Source: Candidatus Poribacteria bacterium
Lineage (GTDB): Bacteria; Poribacteria; WGA-4E; WGA-3G
Length of the DNA stretch: 64,000 nucleotides
Direction: 5' to 3'
Assembly (NCBI GenBank): GCA_965214045.1
Contig: OZ243935.1
Span: 4,354,799 to 4,418,798 of the forward strand
Part shown: positions 18,470-28,040 of the stretch, piece by piece
Layout of the letters: the number at the start of each line of letters is the position of its first letter
Position numbering within the stretch: the first letter of the stretch is position 1
The notes under the pieces: model-generated
Told to the model about the DNA's origin: nothing
The model's input: only the letters and a program-made list of their open reading frames with translations
Database searches by the model: none
Made by a program: the position numbers and the translations under genes

Positions 18470-20497
18470 ATGAAGAGATGTTTGTCTTTACCCCTCATGG
18501 CATTAGCGTTACTGGCAATGTTTGTATTCGTTGGATGCAGCGCGAAAGAAATCCCTCCAGTTCCAACCACCCCTGAAGTACCAGCCGTACAACAAAAATC
18601 AGAAGAAAAGCACGAAGAAGCACATGCCGAAGAGGCCGACCTTGATGAACACGACGAAGTCCCTGAAGAAGTACACGAAGAAGCACATGCGGCTGAAGAG
18701 GAAACGCATCATGAAGTTGAAGATGAAGAAGGAATGTCGATAGCGGAGATTCCGGACAGCAGTGTTCTACATCTGATACCGGAACATACGGCTGGAATTA
18801 TTTATTGCCCCAGTTTGAATGCGTTAAACGATCGGGTTAACATGTTGGCAACAGACTTGATGCCGACCACTGAAAACCCAGAAGTAATCGCCAAAATTTT
18901 AGCAAATACTTTTGGTGCTGGCTTTGAGAATCTTGCTGAATTGGAAGAAATTGGGCTGGATTTGGACCAAGATTTTGCGATCTTCATGACCTCCTTGAAC
19001 CCATTAGACCTCTCCGCAACCGTGCATCTCATAGACCCCGCAGCTATGCAACAGGTGATCGACGCCGAAAGCGAAGGAACTGCTCCTATGGAATATAATG
19101 GCGTAACCTATTGGAACGCGGCTGGAGGGGGTGGCAGTTTCGCTATTATAAAGAATACCCTCGTTTTTTCTCGGTCATCCGAAGTCTGTGAAAGCGTCAT
19201 TGATACCTATAAGAAAACAAAACCGGCTGTCACAACCAATCCAGATTATCAGGCATTTCTTGACGATATTTCAGCAGGGACCCCGCAGCTCGCGGTACAC
19301 TTTAACCTTGAATCAATCGTGCCTGTCGTGAGTGCGGCACTTAAGGATGAATCGGAAGCGATGAAGGACAGCCTTGAAAGCGATCCTGCAGCCATGGCAG
19401 CAACGCCCTTCCTTGAAAGCATATTCGCTGGCGCGATAGATTTGCTTGAGCAGCTAAAATCACTGAGTGCGATCCTTGAGGTGGAAGGCACCGATGTGAA
19501 ACTCTCTCCATTTCTGAAGTTCAAGAGCAATAGCGGAATTCAGAACGCGTTAAAAGAGATGGCTCCCGACGCGTTGACTCTCCTTAACGAACTCCCAAGC
19601 CCAGCGTTTATGAATGGTGCATTTCAGGGTAAACCCGAATTGATGATTGAGATGAACCTGTTCTGGCTGAAGCTGATTTCACGAGAGTCTAACCCGGAAC
19701 AGACTGAACTACTCACGTCCCTTACCACACAGATGGAAGATTTTTATAGTTCACTTGCCGAAGAATGGTCTTTCTCTGCCAATTTTAGCGATAGCATCAT
19801 TCCAGATTATTTGATTGTCTATGGGATGAAAGATGAACAAAAGGCAAGAACCTATATGGAAAAGTCGTTGATTAAACAACTTCAAGATTCAATGGAACTC
19901 GCTCAAAGCATGATGGGTGATGCCACTCCCAGTCTTGGAATGTACCGAGATGCACATCATGGTGAACCCACAATGCACAACGGTGTTGAAATCAAGAGTT
20001 ACGTCTTTCCTAATTTTGGTGCCGGTTTCGGAGAAATGCCGCCCGAAGTGGCTGGTTTGATGCCCAGCGAATGGCACTGGTACTATGCCTTTGCCGACGG
20101 TTATTTGCTCATGGCAATAGGCAGTGAGGAACTAATGAAAACAGCTTTGGATAACAAGGCAGGAGTCGGTACCGCGCCTGATTTCTCTGAAGAACCGAGT
20201 TATGCAAAACTGGTCACGACCTTAGGCTTGGAGAGTAACCTATTTTTTGCCATTTCTCCAATGACTATGGTTAAAAGTTTCTTACCTATTATTGCGAAGG
20301 TTACGGATCCGAATAGTGCCGCAGCATTGCAAATGATGGGAGGAATGTTTATGAATTTGCCTGAAGACTATAGCATCGGTTTTTCTGCCAAAGTAGTGGA
20401 AGGTGGGATTGGTGCAAAACTGTTACTCGCTCTCGGGGACTTCAGGCAACTGATACAAACCTTTGCTATGATGCAAAGTATGGGACAGATGCAATAA
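18470..20497 (+). CDS. lipoprotein with N-terminal His/Glu-rich acidic tract (DUF3352-like)
   Basis: The signal and lipobox are MALALLAMFVFVGC. An acidic tract of about 70 aa rich in HEEAH/EEVHEE repeats follows. The remainder is alpha-rich with no catalytic motifs. Confidence 0.55.
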   Translation: MKRCLSLPLMALALLAMFVFVGCSAKEIPPVPTTPEVPAVQQKSEEKHEEAHAEEADLDEHDEVPEEVHEEAHAAEEETHHEVEDEEGMSIAEIPDSSVLHLIPEHTAGIIYCPSLNALNDRVNMLATDLMPTTENPEVIAKILANTFGAGFENLAELEEIGLDLDQDFAIFMTSLNPLDLSATVHLIDPAAMQQVIDAESEGTAPMEYNGVTYWNAAGGGGSFAIIKNTLVFSRSSEVCESVIDTYKKTKPAVTTNPDYQAFLDDISAGTPQLAVHFNLESIVPVVSAALKDESEAMKDSLESDPAAMAATPFLESIFAGAIDLLEQLKSLSAILEVEGTDVKLSPFLKFKSNSGIQNALKEMAPDALTLLNELPSPAFMNGAFQGKPELMIEMNLFWLKLISRESNPEQTELLTSLTTQMEDFYSSLAEEWSFSANFSDSIIPDYLIVYGMKDEQKARTYMEKSLIKQLQDSMELAQSMMGDATPSLGMYRDAHHGEPTMHNGVEIKSYVFPNFGAGFGEMPPEVAGLMPSEWHWYYAFADGYLLMAIGSEELMKTALDNKAGVGTAPDFSEEPSYAKLVTTLGLESNLFFAISPMTMVKSFLPIIAKVTDPNSAAALQMMGGMFMNLPEDYSIGFSAKVVEGGIGAKLLLALGDFRQLIQTFAMMQSMGQMQ

Positions 20498-20593
20498 GTG
20501 TGTTTCTAACTCGTCCACAACTTGATTGTGGGCGATTTTTTATATTTTATCATAATTGGACGGTATTATTATCTAACTGAGGAGGAAAATCTC

Positions 20594-21910
20594 GTGCATA
20601 AATATAGAGGTTTCATCAACTTTTTTTTTATGAAAAATCGAAAATATCAACACATCTTCGTCTTCAGTATCGCATTTTTGCTAATTGTTACGCCGTTCGC
20701 GATAGCCGATACAACCGAAGATGCGGAAGAATCCGTTGAGGCACCAGCACCGAAGAAGAGTCCCATTAAAGTCGGCGGAGCGATGCGCGTGAACTACGCC
20801 TATGGTGCTTACGGTGATGAGGAGAACCCACATCCGCGAGGCGAAAAAATCGGTGACGTGGACCTTGAGATATTCCGTCTCAATGCCGACCTTGACTATA
20901 ACAACATCACCGGTCGGCTTGAATACCGGTGGTATGATGGCTACAGCATGATACACACTGGATGGTTAGGGTATAAACTTGGTGATTCTGGCACAGTTAA
21001 AGCGGGTATTGTCCGGGTACCCTTCGGTCCGACCGCCTACGGCATTTCTACGAGCTGGTTCTTCGATCAACACTTTTATGTTGGACTCGCCGACGACATG
21101 GATTTAGGGATCACTTGGAGTGACACCTTTGACAAGCTAACCCTTGATGTAGGCTATTACCTGATGCCTGAACCTCAACTGATACAGTATGGCAGTTTAG
21201 CGAGTTCGCGATACAGCTATGATGTCGTCAAATGGGAAGAAAAAGCAGATGCGCAAGGAAACGTCGAGTGGGGTGCTGGTGAAAACGGATATGATGAGCA
21301 GCATCAAGTTAACCTCCGAGCCATCTATGCGCTTGAGAATATCGCAGATGTCGGTGTGTCGCTGCAATACGGGTTGTTGGCAGGGACAAATGTGGGTAGC
21401 GATGATAGTGGTAACCACTACGCGTTTTCCGCACATGCCAAGAATACCTTCGCAGACTTCACGCTCTATTCACAATTCTCCTATTATGCACATAATATTG
21501 CTGATAAAACCCCTTGGGGGACTGGCGACCTAATTCCAATGGGTGCTTACGATTTTGCGTGGCCCATCGCATCCACAGGATTAATACCCGCGCTATCGCT
21601 GCGTTACGGCGGTATAGATACCTCAAGTATCTCATGGGTTGACAGTGTTACGCCGTATGCGGAGTGGAGTACTATCCTCAAAACTGTAGATGATTACAAC
21701 GCCAGCACGCTCGTGACGCTCGGTGCAAGTTGGACGGTCTTGGGCGCGCTGTATGTCTATAGTGATCTCGCACTCTCCGACGGCAACTTTTTTGTCGGTA
21801 ACACGGGAGATGCCTACGGAAATATCCTGACAGGAGTTAGTCACGTGGGTGCCAACGGAAATAACGTATGGCATTGGCGACTTAACTTTAACTTCGGTTA
21901 TTATTTCTAA
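20594..21910 (+). CDS. putative outer-membrane beta-barrel protein
   Basis: GGAGGA sits 8 nt upstream of GTG at 20594. It has a signal peptide, alternating amphipathic beta strands rich in Y/G/W, and a C-terminal FNFGYYF with terminal Phe, which is an OMP sorting signature. Confidence 0.5.
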   Translation: MHKYRGFINFFFMKNRKYQHIFVFSIAFLLIVTPFAIADTTEDAEESVEAPAPKKSPIKVGGAMRVNYAYGAYGDEENPHPRGEKIGDVDLEIFRLNADLDYNNITGRLEYRWYDGYSMIHTGWLGYKLGDSGTVKAGIVRVPFGPTAYGISTSWFFDQHFYVGLADDMDLGITWSDTFDKLTLDVGYYLMPEPQLIQYGSLASSRYSYDVVKWEEKADAQGNVEWGAGENGYDEQHQVNLRAIYALENIADVGVSLQYGLLAGTNVGSDDSGNHYAFSAHAKNTFADFTLYSQFSYYAHNIADKTPWGTGDLIPMGAYDFAWPIASTGLIPALSLRYGGIDTSSISWVDSVTPYAEWSTILKTVDDYNASTLVTLGASWTVLGALYVYSDLALSDGNFFVGNTGDAYGNILTGVSHVGANGNNVWHWRLNFNFGYYF

Positions 21911-22008
21911 GTTACGTAACCTTCCACTGTCGGCGCGCTTTGTAGGTGCGCCGCGCTCCGTGCGCGGTTCTGAACCGCTAACTCAATTCTAATAAGGAGA
22001 ATTTTGAA

Positions 22009-23526
22009 ATGCACGAAGAAGGAAAACAACTCCAGAACGATACCAAGATATTTGGGTTGACACCCGTATTCCTCATCTCCTCAGTCGTCATCGTCATTTT
22101 TGTTCTTGCTTCCCTCGTGTTCCGGGAAGGCGCAACAACTCTGTTCGGGGCTACCCGAAAATGGCTCACGACGAACTTCGACTGGTGGTTTATGGACATT
22201 GTCAACCTCCTTGTCGTGTTCTGTCTATTCCTAATTGTCTCGCCATTGGGCAAGGTGCGCCTCGGCGGACGGGATGCCGTTCCTGAATACTCTAATCTTA
22301 CTTGGTTCTCGATGCTCTTTGCAGCCGGCATCGGTATCGGACTCCTTTTCTTTGGAGTCTTGGAACCCGTCCAACACTTTATGAGTCCGCCTCTCGGCGG
22401 TGAAGCGAAAACCGATCCAGCCCTGGGGATCGCAGCAACCACCTTTCACTGGGGTATACACGGCTGGGCTGTCTACGGGGTCGTCGGACTTGCTCTGGCA
22501 TTCTTCGCTTACAACCGAGGACTGCCGCTGACCATCCGCTCTGTATTCTATCCCCTCCTCGGTGAACGGATATGGGGCTGGCCGGGTCATGTCATTGATA
22601 CGCTCGCGGTCTTCGCCAGTTTGTTCGGACTTGCGACCTCACTCGGCTTAGGGGCCCAGCAGGTGACCGCCGGACTCAACTATCTCTTTGAGGTTCCCGC
22701 GACCAACACCACCATGGTGGTCCTGATAATCGTCATAACCTCAGCCGCGCTCGTCTCTGTGCTAACAGGTCTGAATGTAGGCATCAAACGCCTCAGCCAA
22801 TTTAACGTGATCCTTGCATTTCTGCTCCTACTTTTTGTCATCCTCGTCGGTCCGAAAATCGCTATATTTAAAGGCATGTTCACTGGACTGACCGCCTATA
22901 TCTCAAAGATGAGACCTCTCAGCAACTGGGTTGGTCGCGAAGACACCGGGTTTCTCCACGGATGGACAACGTTCTATTGGGCGTGGTGGGTCGCGTGGGC
23001 TCCCTTCGTCGGCACATTCATCGCCCGAATTTCAAAGGGACGGACGGTTCGCGAGTTTATCATCGGTGTACTCCTACTACCCACCCTATTGTGTTTAGTA
23101 TGGTTCAGTGCCTTCGGCGGCACCGCCCTCGATCAGATCGCTGATGGCTACACAGGCGTGTCGGAAACTGTGGAAGCCTATAAGCCGGAACTCTCGCTGT
23201 TCAAAATGCTTGACGAACTGCCGATGACGACCCTGATCTCCACCGTCGCGATGCTGCTGACGATCATCTTTTTTGTGACTTCATCGGACTCCGGTTCACT
23301 TGTCATTGATACCATTACAGCGGGCGGCAAACTTGATGCCCCCGTATCTCACCGAGTGTTCTGGTGCACGGCTGAGGGGGCTGTTGCCATTGTGCTGTTA
23401 CTTGGCGGCGGTCTGAGTTCCTTACAGGCAGCCTCCCTCGTGGCAGGATTTCCATTCGCGGCTGTACTCTTCGGAATGGCAGTCTGTCTCTGGATCGGGC
23501 TTCGTAAGGAAGCACGTCAATCTTAA
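22009..23526 (+). CDS. BCCT-family (betaine/carnitine/choline) transporter
   Basis: The BCCT signature WTTFYWAWWVAWAPFVGTFIARISKGRTVREF is present, with 12 TM helices. AAGGAGAATTTTGAAATG provides the RBS. Confidence 0.85.
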   Translation: MHEEGKQLQNDTKIFGLTPVFLISSVVIVIFVLASLVFREGATTLFGATRKWLTTNFDWWFMDIVNLLVVFCLFLIVSPLGKVRLGGRDAVPEYSNLTWFSMLFAAGIGIGLLFFGVLEPVQHFMSPPLGGEAKTDPALGIAATTFHWGIHGWAVYGVVGLALAFFAYNRGLPLTIRSVFYPLLGERIWGWPGHVIDTLAVFASLFGLATSLGLGAQQVTAGLNYLFEVPATNTTMVVLIIVITSAALVSVLTGLNVGIKRLSQFNVILAFLLLLFVILVGPKIAIFKGMFTGLTAYISKMRPLSNWVGREDTGFLHGWTTFYWAWWVAWAPFVGTFIARISKGRTVREFIIGVLLLPTLLCLVWFSAFGGTALDQIADGYTGVSETVEAYKPELSLFKMLDELPMTTLISTVAMLLTIIFFVTSSDSGSLVIDTITAGGKLDAPVSHRVFWCTAEGAVAIVLLLGGGLSSLQAASLVAGFPFAAVLFGMAVCLWIGLRKEARQS

Positions 23527-23574
23527 TAGCAATCGACTCTCAGCTACTGAGCGTCAAAAGAACGGTTATTGGCA

Positions 23575-23617
23575 GTCGGTTAAGAGGTTTTGATTAATCA
23601 AACATCTCTTAACCGAC
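23575..23617. other. 43-nt near-perfect palindrome (12-bp outer stem GTCGGTTAAGAG/CTCTTAACCGAC with an internally palindromic loop)
   Basis: Read directly from the sequence, between the BCCT stop and the accA start. No U-tract follows. Confidence 0.6.
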
Positions 23618-23642
23618 CACCGAAAGCCGAAAGCCAATAAAT

Positions 23643-24614
23643 ATGAATACAACAGAACTGGAATTTGAAAAACCCTTCATTGAATTGGAACAGCATCTCT
23701 CCGAACTGAATGCTTTCTCGGAAACACATCCTGAGTTAGATCTCACGGAGGGTCTTGCGGCACTCAAGCAGAACGCAAACACGCTCACAAAACAGACCTT
23801 CCAGAATTTAAGTCGCTGGGACAAAGTACGGTTAGCGCGGCATGCACAACGTCCACAGGCACCCTTCTATATTAACGCACTTTTCGACGAACATGTTGAG
23901 CTCCACAGCGATAAACTATACGGCGACGATCGGGCACTCGTTGGTGGTTTCGCGTGGTTCGATGGACAACCGCTTGTTTACCTCGCGCAACAGAAAGGCA
24001 CAAACCTCAAAGAGCGACAGGAGATGAATTTCGGTTACACGCATCCGGAGGGTTACCGCAAGGCAAGACGATTGATGCAGTTAGCAGAGAAATTCAACCG
24101 ACCCTTAATCTGTTTTGTTGATACCCCAGGCGCACACTTTGATCTGCGTTCCGAAGAATATGGGCAAGCCATGGCGATCGCTGAGAATCTTGCTGAGATG
24201 ATGACGATGCGAGTGCCGATCCTTGTTGTTATTATCGGCGAAGGTGGAAGTGGTGGTGCTTTGGCGATCGCAGTCGGAAATCGCGTCTTGATGATGGAGT
24301 ACGCCGTCTATTGTGTAGCACCCCCTGAAGCCTGCAGTGGCATTGTGTGGAAGGATAAAGGCGAACACGCACCCGAAGCAACCGAAGGCTATAAACCGAC
24401 CGCTCCAGATCTGCTTAAGTTAGAGATTATTGATCAAATTATCCGCGAACCGCTCGGCGGAGCACACAGAGATGCGGAAGCCGCTGCACGCAACGTCAAA
24501 CGTGCAGTCCGTAAGCACCTCACTGAACTGATGCAGATGACACCACAACAACTGATCCAACAGAGACATGAGCGTTATCGGCACATTGGACTCTATGGCG
24601 AAGATCCTGCTTGA
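23643..24614 (+). CDS. accA: acetyl-CoA carboxylase carboxyltransferase subunit alpha
   Basis: It is AccA-like throughout. IGEGGSGGALAI and the FGYTHPEGYRKARRLMQLAEKF region are present. Confidence 0.85.
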   Translation: MNTTELEFEKPFIELEQHLSELNAFSETHPELDLTEGLAALKQNANTLTKQTFQNLSRWDKVRLARHAQRPQAPFYINALFDEHVELHSDKLYGDDRALVGGFAWFDGQPLVYLAQQKGTNLKERQEMNFGYTHPEGYRKARRLMQLAEKFNRPLICFVDTPGAHFDLRSEEYGQAMAIAENLAEMMTMRVPILVVIIGEGGSGGALAIAVGNRVLMMEYAVYCVAPPEACSGIVWKDKGEHAPEATEGYKPTAPDLLKLEIIDQIIREPLGGAHRDAEAAARNVKRAVRKHLTELMQMTPQQLIQQRHERYRHIGLYGEDPA

Positions 24615-24634
24615 TAGGTTATAACACGAGCGAC

Positions 24635-25765
24635 ATGAAAATCCGAACGATTACCACAGGCATTCCACTCCCTTTTTCGCCATACCAACTCCAACGTGCG
24701 GCAAAATTTAACGCTGCCTGTCAAACCTATTTCGAGGCGAATGGTTACGACGTACAAACAACACGCGTAAGTTGTCAAATTTGGGATGAGATACGAGATA
24801 TAGATACAATCCTAAGGTTGGAATCCGATGCCAAGGCTTTCGGAATTGAGTTTCTTAATTTAGGAACGATCCTACCGGAAAAACGGCACACCGAAGCCCA
24901 CATCGCTCGTATCGCCGATGTAATTGTTCAGAGTGAGATACTCTTCGCCACCGTCACCCTGACGACGCAATCTGGACGTGTGGCATCAGAGATAGCAGAA
25001 AGCACGGCTGAGGTGATACAGCAAATTGCACACCGAACCGATGCTGGCTACGGAAACCTACGTTTTGCAGTGTTGATGAACTGTCCACCGAATACCCCCT
25101 TCTTTCCAGCGGCGTACTGGCACGACGCTCGAACTAACTTCAGCATCGGATGGCAGGCTATAGACCTTGTGCAAGACGCTTTCACAGATGCCCCGAATTT
25201 AGAAGTCGGTTTGCAAAACCTAAAAACCGTCATGGAAGCAGAAGGCCAGAAGGTTGTCGCGCTCGCAGAAACCTTTGCACAGGAGTGGGGGATGAAATTT
25301 GTCGGTATAGATGCATCGCTTGCACCGATGGGTGACGAGAGTATCGCCTATGCGATGGAGCAACAACTTCCGGGTTATTTTGGCGAGAGAGGCACGTTAA
25401 CAGTTGCTGCTGGTCTGACCCGCACACTCCAATCGCTCGCACTACCGCTCTGTGGATATTCCGGATTAATGCTCCCTGTTCTTGAGGATGTAGGTTTGGG
25501 AAAGCGAAGTGAAGCAGGCTATTTTAACCTCGACAGTCTTCTCCTCTATTCCACTGTCTGTGGGACGGGATTGGATACCATTCCGATACCCGGTGATGCT
25601 TCGACATCTCAAATTACCTCTATTCTGAAAGATGTCGCCACGCTCTCCATACAATTAAACAAACCGCTGTCGGTACGCCTTTTTCCGGTTCCGGGATGCA
25701 CCGCAGATTGCATGACAGAATTTGATTCACCCTATCTAACAAATACCACAGTAATGCGCGTTTGA
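24635..25765 (+). CDS. DUF711/UPF0210-like protein
   Basis: The N-terminus MKIRTITTGIPL resembles the UPF0210 family DIRTITMGISL. Assignment is tentative. Confidence 0.4.
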   Translation: MKIRTITTGIPLPFSPYQLQRAAKFNAACQTYFEANGYDVQTTRVSCQIWDEIRDIDTILRLESDAKAFGIEFLNLGTILPEKRHTEAHIARIADVIVQSEILFATVTLTTQSGRVASEIAESTAEVIQQIAHRTDAGYGNLRFAVLMNCPPNTPFFPAAYWHDARTNFSIGWQAIDLVQDAFTDAPNLEVGLQNLKTVMEAEGQKVVALAETFAQEWGMKFVGIDASLAPMGDESIAYAMEQQLPGYFGERGTLTVAAGLTRTLQSLALPLCGYSGLMLPVLEDVGLGKRSEAGYFNLDSLLLYSTVCGTGLDTIPIPGDASTSQITSILKDVATLSIQLNKPLSVRLFPVPGCTADCMTEFDSPYLTNTTVMRV

Positions 25766-25811
25766 TTGAAGGGTTTTTAATCAGATCGGGGTCGGTTGCA
25801 AACTTTTTTGC

Positions 25812-25840
25812 TTGCCAACTGTTACATGTTTTGATATAAT
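25812..25840 (+). promoter_or_regulatory. sigma70-type promoter (TTGCCA–17 bp–TATAAT) upstream of the sulfatase
   Basis: Hexamers and spacing are read from the sequence. A 110-nt leader follows. Confidence 0.45.
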
Positions 25841-25953
25841 GATGCGTATGGAAATTGACGAGCGGTATTTACTCATCAGAAACTACCGTGAACGCCCCTT
25901 AAGACAACGGCATTGGACCCATCTTGTGCATCCGATTTTCGGTAAGGATAACT

Positions 25954-27411
25954 ATGAGCGACAAACCACATGTTCTTTTGATTTCGACAGATCATTGGCC
26001 CAACTCGTTATTAGGTGTCAACGGACATCCTGCTATCCAAACACCGACACTGGACACACTCGCTCGCGCTGGCACCCGTTTCACACGAGGGTACAGCGAA
26101 TGTCCTGTCTGCGTTCCGGCGCGAAAAACGTTGATGACTGGCACAACGACACGAACCCATAAAGACAGAGTTTTCAACGACCAGCAGGGATTAAATGGGC
26201 TCCCAACAATCGCACAGACCTTTCGAGATGCAGGGTATCAAGCCTACGCTGTCGGCAAGTTGCACATCCATCCCCAGCGGAGCCGTATCGGTTTCGATGA
26301 CGTGCTGTTAGGTGAGGAAGGTAGACTGCAGCACGGCGTGGTCGATGACTATGAACTGTTTCTCGGCGACAGAGGCTATGCAGGCCAACAGTTCGCGCAC
26401 GGGATGTGTAACAATGATTATCTTAACCGTCCTTGGCATCTCCCTGAAGACTGTCATATCACAAACTGGAGTACGCAGCAGATGGTGCGGATGATTAAAC
26501 GCCGCGATCCCACACGTCCCGGATTCTGGTACCTCTCCTATTGCCACCCACATCCGCCGCTGGCACCCCTTCAGTGTTACATGGACATGTATCGCGATAT
26601 CGACGTGGATATGCCATACTGTGGTGAATGGGCGCAGCAAACCGAGCAGCTACCGTTCCCTCTAAAGGCGCGCCAGAAACAGGACGAGCATTTTACAGAA
26701 GATCAGATTCGTTCGGCACGCCAAGCGTTTTATGCCCTCTGCACACAGATCGACCATCAATTGCGCGTTGTTATCGGTACGTTACGGGAAGAAGGACTGC
26801 TGAACAACACCATTCTTTTGTTTACCTCCGATCACGGCGACATGCTCGGAAATCATCGGATGTGGGCGAAACGACTCTATTATGAGGATTCCACCAACGT
26901 TCCTATGCTCCTCGTCGGCACTGCAGGCGATGAACGGGTAGGACATCACAGAGTGGACGACCGACTCGTCGGATGGCAGGATGTAATGCCTACACTCCTC
27001 CACCTTGCAGGAATTGACATCCCAGATACGGTAGATGGGATACCGATGGTGGGTGACGAAAAACGCGATTGGTTGTACGGCGAAATTGGGAATGGCGGCA
27101 GTGCGACCCGGATGATTCATGACGGACGCTTCAAGCTTATCTACTACGCCACAGGAAACTACCGTCAACTCTTTGATCTGAAAGAGGATCCGAGGGAATT
27201 GAACGACCTCGCCAATTCATCAGCACATGCTGAGATACTTGAACGATTGACAAACCATCTCATAGGTGAACTCTACGGAGGCGATGAAGACTGGATACAA
27301 GACAGTAAACTTGTCGGTTTGCCCGACCAAGCGTATCGTCCGTCTCCCAACCGTGCCTTATCAGGTCAACGCGGACTTCACTGGCCACCTTCCCCGTCCG
27401 CCGGACGTTAA
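25954..27411 (+). CDS. sulfatase (arylsulfatase family, Cys-type formylglycine motif)
   Basis: CVPARKTLMTG is a C-x-P-x-R sulfatase signature. The N-terminus LLISTDHW is present. AAGGATAACTATG provides the RBS. Confidence 0.85.
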   Translation: MSDKPHVLLISTDHWPNSLLGVNGHPAIQTPTLDTLARAGTRFTRGYSECPVCVPARKTLMTGTTTRTHKDRVFNDQQGLNGLPTIAQTFRDAGYQAYAVGKLHIHPQRSRIGFDDVLLGEEGRLQHGVVDDYELFLGDRGYAGQQFAHGMCNNDYLNRPWHLPEDCHITNWSTQQMVRMIKRRDPTRPGFWYLSYCHPHPPLAPLQCYMDMYRDIDVDMPYCGEWAQQTEQLPFPLKARQKQDEHFTEDQIRSARQAFYALCTQIDHQLRVVIGTLREEGLLNNTILLFTSDHGDMLGNHRMWAKRLYYEDSTNVPMLLVGTAGDERVGHHRVDDRLVGWQDVMPTLLHLAGIDIPDTVDGIPMVGDEKRDWLYGEIGNGGSATRMIHDGRFKLIYYATGNYRQLFDLKEDPRELNDLANSSAHAEILERLTNHLIGELYGGDEDWIQDSKLVGLPDQAYRPSPNRALSGQRGLHWPPSPSAGR

Positions 27412-27429
27412 AGAAAACTGTTGAGAATC

Positions 27430-27458
27430 TTGACAAAATTTTGAAAATTAACTATATT
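27430..27458 (+). promoter_or_regulatory. sigma70 consensus promoter (TTGACA–17 bp–TATATT)
   Basis: Read from the sequence. It lies upstream of the STAS gene. Confidence 0.5.
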
Positions 27459-27539
27459 AATCTATCAAATATCTTTTGTTAGGACACGAACTTCGATCCT
27501 ATCGGGGTTATAGCGCAAACAATTAAGAAAGGAAAATAT

Positions 27540-27893
27540 ATGTTAGCAGAAATCCGTCAAAGAGAAGGGGTCATTGTTATTCGACCCACGGGCCGCATGA
27601 TTGGTGCGGCAAATGCTGAAATTAGAGAACAGATTAATGAGGAACTGGAGGAGCATTTTGAATCTCCAAAGGTTATCTTTAACCTCGAGAATGTTACCCG
27701 TATGGACAGTAGCGGACTCGGCACGTTGGTATCTGTGAATGTGACGGTCTCCCGCAAAGGCGGACGGACTGCCCTCGTCAACGCAGGTGCGCATATCCGT
27801 AACCTTCTCATTCTCGGGCGCTTAATGAGCGTCTTTGAGAATTACAATAGCGAAGAAGAGGGAATCCTTGCCCTCACCTCCGAGGAAAGCTAA
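27540..27893 (+). CDS. STAS-domain anti-sigma-factor antagonist (SpoIIAA-like)
   Basis: It is 117 aa with the STAS fold. The phosphorylatable-Ser region is MDSSGLGTLV. Confidence 0.8.
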   Translation: MLAEIRQREGVIVIRPTGRMIGAANAEIREQINEELEEHFESPKVIFNLENVTRMDSSGLGTLVSVNVTVSRKGGRTALVNAGAHIRNLLILGRLMSVFENYNSEEEGILALTSEES

Positions 27894-28040
27894 TCAACAG
27901 GATAAAGTATCCCTTTAGTTCCTCCCTTTAACAACTGTAGCCATCCCTAAAAACTGTATGGCTCTTATAAAGAGGGTGATTATCTCTTTCGCTACTTAGG
28001 AAAATTTCTGAGCGGAACCAAAATACGAAGAAGGAGATTT

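Noticed and set aside
25812-26162. 116-aa ORF overlapping the sulfatase promoter and start
   Set aside because: It spans a consensus promoter and leader, and is out of frame with the sulfatase. It is spurious.
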